Assembly (NCBI GenBank): GCA_053919585.1
Contig: CM132786.1
Length of the DNA stretch: 64,000 nucleotides
Direction: 5' to 3' (one strand)
DNA from: Euprymna scolopes
Lineage: Eukaryota
Shown here in pieces: positions 25,510 to 38,236 of the stretch; the stretch's first letter is position 1, and each line of letters starts with the position of its first letter. The notes beneath the pieces are model-generated. The model worked only from the letters and a program-made list of their open reading frames with translations. It ran no database searches and was not told the origin of the DNA. Made by a program: the position numbers and the translations under genes.

Positions 25510-28500
25510 TCATCTTAATACTTTATGCAAAGCATATTCCTATCCCTTCTAAACAGAAAAAACATTAATAAATGTGTTCCAGCTCTTAATATCTTCCTAA
25601 AATATACGATGGAATGCTTACTTTAGCAACAATTATAAATACTCTAATTCTTCTATTTCTCAATCTCACTCGGAATCCTTAAATAATAATCTAACAATTA
25701 ATTACCAATACATTTTAAGTTAAAAAGAGACGACTAAAACTTACAAAATTATCAGAGATTATAATGGAGCATTCATGTATTATTTTTACAAAAATCAAGA
25801 CATTAAAGAATGGGTCGATAGCAAAAACTAGTGTATTTCATCGTTAGTTACAATTGTTTCAAGACTACTCGGACAAATCCAAACATTATGTCATTTGTAA
25901 ATTTTCACAAGTACAGCCTTTCTTCAGACGTATTGAATAAAAAAAAACTTTAACAATAAAACATTATTGGACACCATTTCCCTCATGAGAAAAAGAAAAC
26001 AAGCGAAAATATTTTACCTATATCGCATCCTTGCAAAGTATTGTTTAAATATTTATCTATTTTCGTATTTCCATTAAAAAATTCAAACAAAATATCATAC
26101 AAAGATAGCACTAATTACCTGTGTTGATTTAATATGTTTTGCTAATATTATTCATTGATTTCTTAAATTAAATATCTTTATTTCTTTATTCTTAGAACTG
26201 CACGCCTGTGGAACTCTATACCGTCTGCCTGCTTCCTACCGGACTACAACTTGGATGTCTTCAAGTCCAACGTTAACAAATTCCTAATGAACCGCCCCCT
26301 TAGGTAGACACTTCGTCAAATCTCCACACTAACGTAATGTACTTGCAATAACCCTTATCCCTGAGTGGCGTCCGGGCCTTTATAAGTGGTGATCACTGTG
26401 TGAAACAAAAATTAATTAACATTATTTATTTTAATCCAGACTAATCAACTCAGTTCAATTGTTACGATTTAATGTTAGTTTTGTATATGGAATTTACTTT
26501 GTTTGTTTACAAAAATATCAGTTAACCACTTTCTGTGATTTAAGGAATGTTTTTGTTTAAAACTTATTGAATAAGGAAAGAAAGTTCAACGTTACTTTAT
26601 ACTTGATTCATTCTCATTCTTCATTTAACATTAAGGATCTAAACCTATTTTTTATTTTTATTTTCTTTCGTTCTTTCCTATTAAGATTAACGATTATCGG
26701 ATAATTTAGATGTAGAAATGGAGTCAACTCTGTCAGTTAGAAATTTTAAAGATTTTGTTAAAATTATTAGTTATCAACATCCTTATATGCATTCATAACG
26801 ATTAAAGGGAAGTAACTACATATGCATATTAGGACTTTATAAAACATAGAAGCATCAAACGGCTTTTGTTACTTGCCTTTTCTCCTTATGGATGCATATT
26901 AAATTGAAGGTGTATTACATTAAATAGTTTCCCTTTTCCTAAGACGGTTGCGGGGGTTTGCAATCGTAGGATTATTGTGCAGGGCGTAGCTATGTTAATA
27001 AATCGGTTGGTTATTACAGTTATTTTTCAGCAGTGTAGATTGTTTTATTGAATATGATTTATTGTTAGTCAATATTATGGGTAATGTGGATGTTAGACGG
27101 CAGGTAACTGAGTTATTATTGTTATATTGTAGGTACAATTATACACTTTATCGTTTAAAAAATACATTATTGAATACTGTTGCGTTTTATTAAAGTTTGC
27201 TTAAATTGAAGAAATTCCTCAAGAGAAGGAGGCTACTATAGATTTTCTAATAGAATAAAGGTGATTGGAAAAGTTGCGAACATAAAAAAAATATTTAAAT
27301 TGAACTGATAGGTGTTTATTGTACGATTGTCTATTGAGTGTAGATTAGTACCAAGACAATTAGATTCTTGTTTTTCAGGTGAAATATTATAGAAAGCCCA
27401 AAATTGTTGAAAATCGTTTTATTATATTCTCTTGATCACGTTCTAGTAGCGAATGGTGCATCATCTTCCTAAAAAAACGGTGATGTGCTTAGTTGTTTCA
27501 AAGGTAAAGGCCTAGCAAATTAATTAGAATGTATTATGATATTATATTATTGGGGTGTCTTTTCAAACCCAAAATTTATTGTGGAAATGCCTGAGCAACC
27601 TTCTAGCTTGGAGGATTAATTAATTTAAACGCTGGTTAAATCGGTGTTTTTCTAAGCAAGTAAGTGGTTTGTTTAAGGAGACAATTGCTGATGTCAACGG
27701 TGAACAAATTTATGATAGTTTTATGTTTTAGGAGAAGAAAACAGTCAATTATAAAGTGTGCGTTTTGCCAGAGATGGAGGCGAAATGTTTTTCTTAACGA
27801 GGGATAATTCTATTTAAAAATTTCGTACTTACGAAACCTAAATCAGACTTAGATGAGCAAATAAATTTAGTAGATTGGTTTTCGTAAGAAAATAGTTTAT
27901 GGTCCTTGAGTGTAAACTAAGGTGTGCCTGATGTAAGTATATCGAAAACTTCATGGATAATCATCGAGACCAATAATATCTTAGCCCCTAAGTTTATACC
28001 ATCCAGAATTTTTCTGTGAAACTATTTCATAAGATTTAATGAGCATTTTATAAATTAGTTTTTTATATAGTAGGTAGTCGAGTTTATTATGATTTTTGTC
28101 TGCTCAATGGGACGAATAATTATGTATTTTTCTTTACTTTTGCAGAAAAGTTGTTAATCTTGTTAATTTGAGATTTTATGGTATTTTTGTATTTAAAAAT
28201 TTGATTTTATTAACAACATTTAGAATAGAGTCTTCAAATTCATCTACGTGGGTTTATATTCAGGTTGGGCCGTGATTTATGTAAATAGAAATTAGTTGCT
28301 ATCTCTTCAATCCTCTTTTGTTCCCAGCGGTAATTAATTAGTATATTATTATTTAGGGAATCCGAGTGGGATTGAGAAACAGAAGAATTAGATTTTCTAT
28401 AATTGTTGCTGAAGCTTAAATCATAATATTAAGCATTTCATCATATATTTAAGGAGGATATTAAGAGCTGGAACAAATGTATTAATGTATTTCTGTTTAG

Positions 28501-28535
28501 AAGGTATAGGAATATGTTTTGCATAAAGTATTAAT
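25510..28535 (-). mobile_element. Highly degenerate Penelope-like element with inverted duplication of its 5' region
   Basis: 25515-25710 is the reverse complement of 28325-28535. Faint minus-strand traces of PLE-type RT (ADK..K.N, CLLKQ) and a possible GIY-YIG region near 26870-26930. Confidence 0.45.
26193..26410 (+). mobile_element. 5'-truncated 3' end of the CR1-group LINE
   Basis: Encodes LRTARLWNSIPSACFLPDYNLDVFKSNVNKFL*, matching ORF 18950-19276. Shares the 3'UTR TGAGTGGC..GGCCT..GTGGTGAT. Confidence 0.9.
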
Positions 28536-29667
28536 ATTCCTTCTTACCATATCTGGAGAGGATGAAAAAGTTAAATTCAGAATGTGCTAAAGTTGAACAG
28601 AAAATGTAATATTGTTCACAAATAGAAAAATCTAAACTAAAAACTAATAGGAATAATATAGAAATATTTATCATAATCACTATCAATGTAAAACCCCAAA
28701 AAGGCAAACAGAATATACAGCTTTAATATAATATAAAAACAAAATTTTGTTTGAAAAAATTATTCTACATGTAAAAAACAAACACATTATAACCCTATAA
28801 GGAAGTTATGAAAAATTTCATTTATCTGACAAAGAGTAAAAATAAACAAGAACAATTTTATTCAATGTAGAGGTTTACAAAAATATACAATACGATTTCC
28901 GTGTTAATGCATTAACAAACTACTTATATTAAATTAAAAATATTTGCATTTGAACAGTTTTTTAATAGCCAGTGACATTTTATAGGGTTTCAATAAGATT
29001 AAGAAAGCAAGAAAAACGAGAAAAAAGATATAGCAAAAATCAACTGAGAATGACGGTAAAATTCAGAACAGGAAAAAATTCGAAATGAGCCTATTAATGA
29101 ATTAATTTAAAATCCATGATAAAACAGAATTTTAAATTCCCAGGAAAAATTTTAATTGCCACACACAAAAAATGAAAACATACAAAAACAACAGGTCATG
29201 GAAAAGTGAACTTAAAGCTTTTTCATAGACAACGTTTTTTTTTTTACAAATAACGGATGAGGCAAATGGAAGTTGAAATTGAAAATGAGCTGATAAGAAA
29301 AAGAAAGAAAAATAAAAAGAGATATCATAACAGAGAAAAGGATGAAAGAATATTATGAAGTCGAAAAAAGAAGGGAGAAAGAAATATAGACATACTGAGA
29401 GAGAAGGAGAGTAAAACACCGGAAAGGGGGCGTATAGAGTATCGTATTTCTCAATATAGTTATAGAACATATAAATACATAGGTCAGCTGAGGTCAATTT
29501 GATCCAGTCAAGAACATAATTGTGTAAAGACTATAATTCAGGTTTATTTATTTCAAATTTCGAAAGAAGTTAAAATAGGTAAGAAGTTTTCTGATCATAA
29601 GTAATGGTTTAATAAATTAATGTATAATTATTATCGGACGCTCACACACACGCACACAAACACACAC

Positions 29668-29732
<65 letters not shown>

Positions 29733-29871
29733 CACGGATGTATTAATGCATGTTCACGCATATATTTAAATAAAAAATGATAATGTAATGTAAATTAATA
29801 AAAGATAAGAGGTGAGACTAAAGGAGACAACTCCCTCAGAAGCAATAGTGACACACATATAATTATATATG

Positions 29872-29944
<73 letters not shown>

Positions 29945-30229
29945 GAGGCAATGGAAAAATGTGTTGCGGTATTTCCTCTTAATATTGTTCGTATTAATGT
30001 GTGGAATAATTAGCAAAAGAATGCTCTGCAGTTTTGCTTATCAACGGCCTCAACTCAATCATACTTGAATTTGATATTAATGTGTTATATATGATGAGAT
30101 ATATGCGTAAATAACAGGAATTTGACAGAATTATTCTTTATAATGTAAAATAGAAAAAAACGATATAAAACTACCTATTAAAAATATTGCATTGGAAGAG
30201 TAATGTTACTTTATTTGGAAATATATTTT

Positions 30230-32200
30230 TATGTAAAATTAATAAAAAAAGTCAGCAGTCAGTGTACATTTTCTTTAGTCGGGAAAGTCCCGCTTGTGCT
30301 TTTTAACGACTTACACCAAGTGCTATTTTTGGTCCACTTGACAGATAATTGATGAGTTGAAATCCTGGGTAAGCGCCAATCCACGTTCTGCTACATCGTA
30401 AACCACCTTTAGTGACTTTATCTCTTTAAAACCATTAGCATACTCCCGTGTAGATTGCCATGTTGCTGGATGAAATTACAGAACACCTTTTGATATTCAA
30501 AGTACAACAACGAATGACTTTGTGTTGCAGATGATATATTTTGAAGATCCAGTTTATTGTTCGATTTAGACGTCAATATTTTCCTGAATTAGGCTGAGCT
30601 TTGTAACTCGGTTTCGCAAACATACACTGCTTTTGTTTCATCACATACTCGACCGTCAAGGAATGCTAAGCCAACACGTTTTTCAATAAGATGCCAGGGG
30701 TTACGTGTAAGCACTTTCAGTGCTTCAGTAAAAACATACTTGTTGATTACTTAGTAGTTTTGAAGATTCTGTACCCAAAGTTAATCATTTCGTGGAACTC
30801 TAGATGTACAGGGACAAGTAATACAGGCCTTTAAATATACTTTGCAACAAACAAATCGAACTGCTGAAACCTTTATAATTGTTTTTTTTTATAACCTAAA
30901 CTGAGATCGAAATACGTATATCTCTAGACAGTAGATTACCTTTGCCATCCACTTAGTTTGATGAAAACCTGGTTTTCATATTTTCTAGTTTGACAGTTGC
31001 TGACATCCAATATATAATAAGGCCAACTCTACAAAGTATTTGTCATCATCCCGGGGCGGGTACATTTGAAGGCGCATGTGTACAAATGCAATGAGTTCAT
31101 TTTTTTTTTTCAGATACTGAAAATTGTTCATTACTGATTCTCTGGTATTCAACAGTATTAATGTTGCTCCAACCTTATAAAAATCTCTTTTTATTTGTAT
31201 CAGCTTGTTGATCTTTCCATAAAACCTTCAAAAGCCTGTGCAACTATCAGTTCATGAAAGTGATGACGATAAGGTAATCCGAGAAGTTGGTTCTATATTG
31301 TCTATTCCAACAATCCACACACATAAGGATTTTTGCCTGTGTTTCTAAAAAGCTGCAAATGATCTCCATGTGATTCGGTCGGTAGCGTTCCATTAATTGA
31401 TAACACAGAAAACAACAGCCACTTAGTCTCCACCTGTAGCACTTGTTTTTGGAGGAACATTAAGTATTTTAATAACCCCGTCTCATGATACATCACTGCC
31501 AATCTATAAACTTTCCTATTTCCAGTGAGTGCCGGAAGAATTTTTCCATCCTAATGCATAGTAAAGTGTACATTAGCTAAAAAAATATTTCCTTTATTTC
31601 ATGGGCTGCCATGGTAATGTCGTCGAGCTTGTCTTGTAGATTTCTTTATTCAGAGCTACCTCTCTTGGATTGTTACCAAATACTTCTGCAACAGCTGCTA
31701 GGATGTATGCTGCATTTTAGTCACTAAATTTTGTTCTGTCAAGGGCAGCTGAAAATTTTGCTGTCATGAGATTCATTGGTCTATGACATTTTCTGCTTAT
31801 ACAGTAGTGACCGTAACATAATACATGTTGATCTGATCTTTCTCAATCATCTGAACTGGAATAACTTCTATCACTATATCCTGCCATGTTGACTGTTGAC
31901 AGTCTTTCTTTCTTTCCGTACCTGCATTCGCATTTCTGCGATCAGTTTTCTCTCGAGACGTCTTCATTCAACAAAATGTAACTTTGAATCAAGAGAAGCC
32001 ATACAACCGCTTCTTCATTTATCTAGTTGTGCTTCTAGACAGTTTGTGTCTTCATCACTTTTGCTTATACTCATAGCATCAGCATGGGCAACATCGAATA
32101 CGTCATCAAATGAATCTGCAAGTTTAGCTTCTCAAGCTTTCTGAGTATTTTTCTTCCTGGAACAGTTCTTTTTCAATAATTTTCATTTATTATGCGAGCC
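30230..32200 (-). mobile_element. Degenerate hAT-superfamily (hATm-like) transposase
   Basis: Minus-strand motifs in order: RNTGKN..CGLLE, PYRHHFHELIV (~ACRHH.EL), GFHQTKWMAKVIY (~HHARWMAK.IY), PWHLIEKRVGLAFLD (~HLWYL.E..V.LAFFD) and VVYDVAERGLAL (~VVND.AERGV). Subfamily name is from recalled motifs. Confidence 0.75.
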
Positions 32201-32779
32201 GTTCATTTTAATAATGATTGTTCAGTAATGCCGTGTTTTGATTTGAGATTTAGTTAAGAACTTCAGCAATTTAGATGTTGTAACATATGGACTGTCTTGT
32301 AATGTGAGTTTTTGATTATTATGCAAATCGAAAAATCTTGCCAGAACTTGGCGCTTAATAGTTAATTTACTCCCAGTTATGCATCCGGAATATGAACAAA
32401 TAAATCAAATACTACGTTGTTAGATTTATGGTGTTTACGATAATCAATTTATGTGATTTGTGAAACGAAAAATTAAATATTTTAAATATGTATTAATAGT
32501 AATTAAAAATGAAAATGCCATAAACAGAAGGATGGAACTTATTTTTAAAGTTATGAAATTTCTGACTCTCACCTCACCAATGTATAAGATATACTTAAAA
32601 AATCACTCGTAGAAAATATTAATATGGAGACGGGCTTCCTGTGATAGAAAAGTTTTACAATATTGTATGACGAAATCAGAGAGCATCGCATGAGGAGCAA
32701 TCTGCTCAGTATAACTGAGTCTGGAAAGGAGGGAATAGAGAGAATCCTATGCCTATTTTCAACAGGTTTAAATGCCCGA

Positions 32780-35330
32780 ACAAACCGCCTAGCTTTTAAG
32801 CCCTGCTCTTCCCTCCATCTCAGAGTTTAAGCATATTTTAAAAATAGTTGTATTAAGCTTTTAAGTAGTTACCTGACTCGGATAGCTTTGTGATTCTTGG
32901 CGACTTTAATACACGAGTGGTAGCAGACTACACCTATTGGCCCAGCGGTCTGGGACGTTTTTACAATAAGATTATGAATGAAAATGTAAACAACTCCTGT
33001 GCGCTATTCAAAAGCTATGCATTATCAACATCTTTCTACAAAGAAAACCTCAACACACCACTTGCAGCACCAAAGACGGTACCACCTGAACCTGATCATG
33101 ACGCGGCGTTCGCAGCAGAGAAACATTTTTCCCAATACCTTCTTACAACAGCGCCGACTGTGACACCGACAGCGATTTGGTTTATAACAAGATTTAGATC
33201 CAAGAAGGAGTTCGATCCAGGCCACAAGAGAAAACCAAATATCAGCACGACTAAAATATAAGATTTTTGAAGTGTGGATTTGCAAACCAAGCAACTGAGT
33301 GAAAACGTAGTGATCAGCCCTATCACTCACAAAGAAAAGCAGAGTGGCGGTCGATATTGCCCCTTAATGTGATTCGTTGCTTGCTCAGTCTTCGGTAAGA
33401 ACCGGAATAAAATCCATGAATAGTTCGCCACTTATGCAGTTAGAATGACTCCACTGCTAGAAGAAAAGCTTACAACCATTTATAACTACAAAAATAGCCA
33501 TCAAAATCTTAGTTGCAAACTAATCGTTCAGCTCGTATCAAAGTATATGATGCTGTAATTTGTATAAACTGATGCTAGACTGACCTCTGACCGAATATTC
33601 AATAGGTTACCGATGCTGGCTATTTCAATGGCGTCTACAAAAAAGACAATTGTGCCGAAAACAACAAAATCACATCTAAAGTCAAACAGTAGCATGTCTA
33701 TAATCATGACAAGCAGATTGCTAGGATGGTGGAGCCTTTCCCTAATCTCTACAGTTAAGAGAGTACCATCTAAGTATCTACGGTAGAGTTCGCCGATCTC
33801 TTTTCAGTTCTGCAGAAACTTGATGAACTGCTAACTTTTGACGACATCACCGAGGCAGATAATGAGCATCCCAGTAAAAAGCTATCAGCCCTTGACGTCA
33901 AACTGGCCGAAGTGATCAGAAGCGGTGTACCCGCTATTTCAGCACCTTTATTAACCACTGTACTCGTGCTGGAAGAAAGGCAATGTATCACAATAAATAA
34001 GATAGTGCTATCTCCTTACACCTTATAAAATAAAAGATACCGTGGTAATTGCAACAATTACAGAGGAATCTGGCTGTTGAGCGGCGTATGAAATCTTTCA
34101 TTCCGCGTGGTGCAGAAATGATTCTACGAGCAACAGTGCGAAATCAGGATAAAACATGATCTTCTCTTTTTTCAGGCAGCTTCAGAATGAATGTCTGGAG
34201 TAAATGCAGCCATTACACGTATCGTTTATCGCCATCTTACTTTTGAAGCATGGAAGGCATGTTAAAGGTTCTGGAAAACACCGGATACCTAGAGAGGCTT
34301 CTAAACATCGTTAATCATGTAAATATGAAGGGTGTTGTACTAGGTGATGTAGAAAAACCATCTTCTTTTTGACAAGTGGAGTGGCTTGAAAGAAGGCAAA
34401 TGCTCACCGGGCCTGATTGACATGTATTTTTTCTAATGTCATACCATCCTCGTTCAAGCGGTAAACTCTACAAAAGACTAAGAGTAAAAATCAAGATATT
34501 TACTGCTTTATTTGTGACTTGCTGTTCACGGACAACGGCGCGCTTACTGCCCACAGCAATGAGGAACTTCAGCAATTTCCTGTGTGACTTTCAACTTACC
34601 ATCAGTTAAACTAAGACTAATATCGTGCGGCAGACAACTGACCATTCGTCTTCAATCACGATCACCAATTACTAAATTGCAGCAGTGAAAGTGTGCGCAT
34701 ATCTGGGGTCAACTGAAACAGATAACCCTGACATAGGACCGGATCTCTACCGACGCATAAGTCATGCAACCTGCACATTTAGCAGAAATGTTGTGAGTGT
34801 GGAAAAAACAATAAATTTATAATTAAACAAAAAAATAGCGGTTTATAACGCTTGGGTTTTGTGTACGCTACTTTACGCCAATGAGTTTTAGATGTTGTTG
34901 GCACATCAACATCGGGAAAAGTACTCATACACCTTGAACATGTGCAATTGCAGGGGGGTTCTGGGTATCACACAAGTAGATCTCATCATCAATAATGAGA
35001 TCATCAGACGCTTGTTGATGTACTTTGTATGAGCACTTTTTTGCGTAAGCGTAGGCACTGCTTGCTTCGTCATGGCTTGTACATGCCCGCCGGATAGATA
35101 GTCGCCAGGATATCCTAAGATATTCTCTTCGAAAAATGTATTATCGGCAATAGAAAAACACGTCGCCCTCACTTTCGATTAAAAGACTCATGTCAGAGAA
35201 GTATAAAAAAATAGGCATAGTTTTAGAATCTGGGAAACACTTGCTGATCAGCTGGATCTGTGGAAAAAAAAGACAGATCACTAGAGAGAAAGAGATAAAC
35301 TCCGTCAACTGTGATAAGAGAAGTGAGCCC
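32780..35330 (+). mobile_element. Degenerate RTE-clade (BovB-like) LINE
   Basis: ILGDFNTRV (EN), RGNCNNYRGIWLLS, LLFTDNGALTAHS (~LFADD), YLGS and LCTLLYANE (~TLLYGSE). Confidence 0.85.
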
Positions 35331-35554
35331 GATACACAGAACGAGTGCGCCGCGTAACACCATTCTCCCTCATTTAGGTCATAGAGTGAAGCTCGGGCAT
35401 GATAAATGGACGCATAAAACATGCATTTTTGTCTATAAAAATTATACGGGAAATAACTCGTACAGCCTTTACTAAGTAAATAAACTTACTTATTTTTAAG
35501 ACAACAAACAAAAATATAGTATAGGACTTTATTATCATTCTATGCACACACACA

Positions 35555-35616
<62 letters not shown>

Positions 35617-35664
35617 TTTATTTAGATAGAGAAATATTACATAACTGCTGCACTGAATATGCTA

Positions 35665-35792
35665 AGGTTTCAGACAATTAGGCGCTAAGGACAACATTTC
35701 CGCGTTAAGCTACGTAATAAAATTAGTGTACTACTTAAAGAACAAGACGTTTAAGTAGTACACAAATTTTATTACGTCGTCTGACGAGGACC
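35665..35792. repeat. Inverted repeat with hammerhead-like core remnants
   Basis: ACGTAATAAAATTAGTGTACTACTTAAA / TTTAAGTAGTACACAAATTTTATTACGT, followed by CTGACGAGGAC. The left arm reads GTCTGAAACC on the minus strand. Confidence 0.55.
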
Positions 35793-35928
35793 TTTTAATA
35801 TGTAATATCAAGCGACTATGCAATATATGTTGATATAAAGAAAAATGTTATATTTTGCTCTTTTTATTGATCACTCTTTATAACTTCGTTTTAATTAACG
35901 TGTTTTCCGTCATGAATATCTTTAACTT

Positions 35929-36021
<93 letters not shown>

Positions 36022-36089
36022 ACTCATGCATATATATCTATAATTAATGTGTACATTTTTTAAATAATGTATATATGTATATATATACA

Positions 36090-36143
<54 letters not shown>

Positions 36144-36769
36144 TTTCTATAGTCAGACCACGACGAAGCTCACACAGAAAATAATTTTAACTTTGTCATC
36201 TTTAATGCTCTGCAAATAACTTTGTCATCTTTAATGCTCTGCAAATAACATATCTAAAATCAGGTTAAGAAAGTCAATTAAACGAAAGCGAAACGTGTAT
36301 TCTGCTACCTAAATGAATTAGAATTTTAATAGTATTATTCATGATTTATTTGTACTTACTCATACCCGCCACTCATACCTGCTTTAAGTGATTAGGCTCT
36401 AAATAAATCCAGTTATTGCTAAGCTTTGTGCAAACGCTTGTACTCATAAAATTCTAACATAAACTGAGTTCATCGTTAAGTTAATTTTAATCAATATATT
36501 TTTTCTCGGTTTGAAATAAGATTATCTCAAGAACATGTTATCATTTTGAAACACGAACAATGAATAACGGAAATATAATTTAAATAATACCGTTTAAACT
36601 AAATATGATAAAAAGCAATATTTTCCTACATCTCATAAGATTTTTAAATCAAAAAAATATTATTAATTTGTGTAATAGACTGATTGAAAAAATAAACAAA
36701 TAAAAGTGATTTATATTGAAACATTAGTTTAATTAGCGTTCCACTATTAAATTATCTTGTTTTTATGGA

Positions 36770-36985
36770 ATACACTTCAGACAATACGTAAGAGGCTGTG
36801 ATGAGGGTCATTGTAAGGTTCACTCAGGAGGACTTCCAGGTTGCCTTAAAAAAAGTTTTAGAACATTACAATAAGTGCATTGCAGCCCAAGGGATTACTT
36901 CCATCTAGACTAGAATCTCATGTGAGTATTGTCAATAAGATGCGTATACGAAATAAGTCAGTGAACTTATTGTAAGCACCTTGTA
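36770..36985 (+). mobile_element. mariner 3' end fragment with TIR
   Basis: Encodes EHYNKCIAAQ-DY. Ends AACTTATTGTAAGCACCTTGTA, a mariner-type TIR plus TA. Confidence 0.65.
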
Positions 36986-37993
36986 CTAAAGATTACATAA
37001 TTTAACAATATACGAATATACATTTTTAATATTTTCTATAGCGTAAACAATATCTTAAACGCAATATATGCACAAAAGTAAATGCACAAAAGTAAATGCA
37101 CAAAATCCCATCTAAATGCATAAGGAAAAACATATATAAAACACACTTGGCTAATATGAGCATATGCGTGTAATTGTTGCATATTTCTATAATTTTTCTG
37201 GTGAACATATGCTATCAGCAAATATGTTTCTATATATTTAATGGTTTCGTAGCGAGCTTTACAGGTATGAATACAGGATACTCGTATACGAAGTGTAAGG
37301 GATACATCTAAAATAACCGTATTTGTTTAGTTTTTGTCCTGGACAGTTCCTTCCTACATATTTTATATTTTTAATGACACTTAATGATATATTCTGATAT
37401 GCATATCGGTTGCTTTACGCGGAATATTAATATATTATATGTATGCGTAACGAGCAGCTGATTCTAGGATGAGTAAGGGTCACATTAATGAAACCTGTTG
37501 CAAAATTGGTACACTCATCCATCTTAGTCTATGAAAATTAAACGCGAATAACTTTACGAGAGAATAACTCTCATAGTTAAAAGAAAAGGCTTACTTCCGG
37601 TTTCACCTCAACTGTCAGCTATAAATAATTAAACATAAATAAATTATATATAGATAAATAAAATGAATGAAAAAATCAATTTAAAATATACTTTTCAATA
37701 AATAAAACGAATAATTAAAATGATTGCATTCCAACAAATAATTACATAGAGCTAAATATTAAAATTGATTATAGACACATTGTTAATGTGTAATTTTGTA
37801 CATATTAAGTAAATTGTGACGAAATAAACACAAAGACAAGAATACAAATATTTTATAATTAGAATTTAGAATAAACATAGAAACTCACTTTTATATAATC
37901 ATACCATGCATGCATGCTTTAAAATTCATGCACATTACGTATTTATTTTAAATCGATTAATATACTAAACTCAATATAGTAATAAGATCAAAA

Positions 37994-38060
<67 letters not shown>

Positions 38061-38062
<2 letters not shown>

Positions 38063-38236
38063 ATAAATTCCACAGCCAAACAACGTCGCATCGTACAATA
38101 GGCATGACGGTCAACCAAGCGGAAGTCTAAGACTCGAGTTTCGCCCTCATTTGGGCTCATCAGTTAGACAAATCCGAACTCAGGATTCGAAACCCGAGCC
38201 TCTTGTATTCGAGGCTACCAACTGAGGAAACGCCCC
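38061..38236 (-). mobile_element. tRNA-derived SINE carrying a hammerhead ribozyme (family A)
   Basis: Minus strand: GGGGCGTTTCCTCAGTTGGTAG (A box), GGTTTCGAATCC (B box), hammerhead, then tail GCTGTGGAATTTATTA running into (TA)n. Confidence 0.85.
38125..38169 (-). ncRNA. Type I hammerhead ribozyme with intact core
   Basis: GUCUAA-CUGAUGA-GCCC AAAUGA GGGC-GAAA-C UCGA G-UC^-UUAGAC. Perfect 6-bp stem I, 4-bp stem II, palindromic minimal stem III and GUC cleavage triplet. Confidence 0.92.

Noticed and set aside
38170-38236. Functional tRNA gene
   Set aside because: No paired acceptor stem or canonical 7-nt anticodon loop. It is a SINE head.
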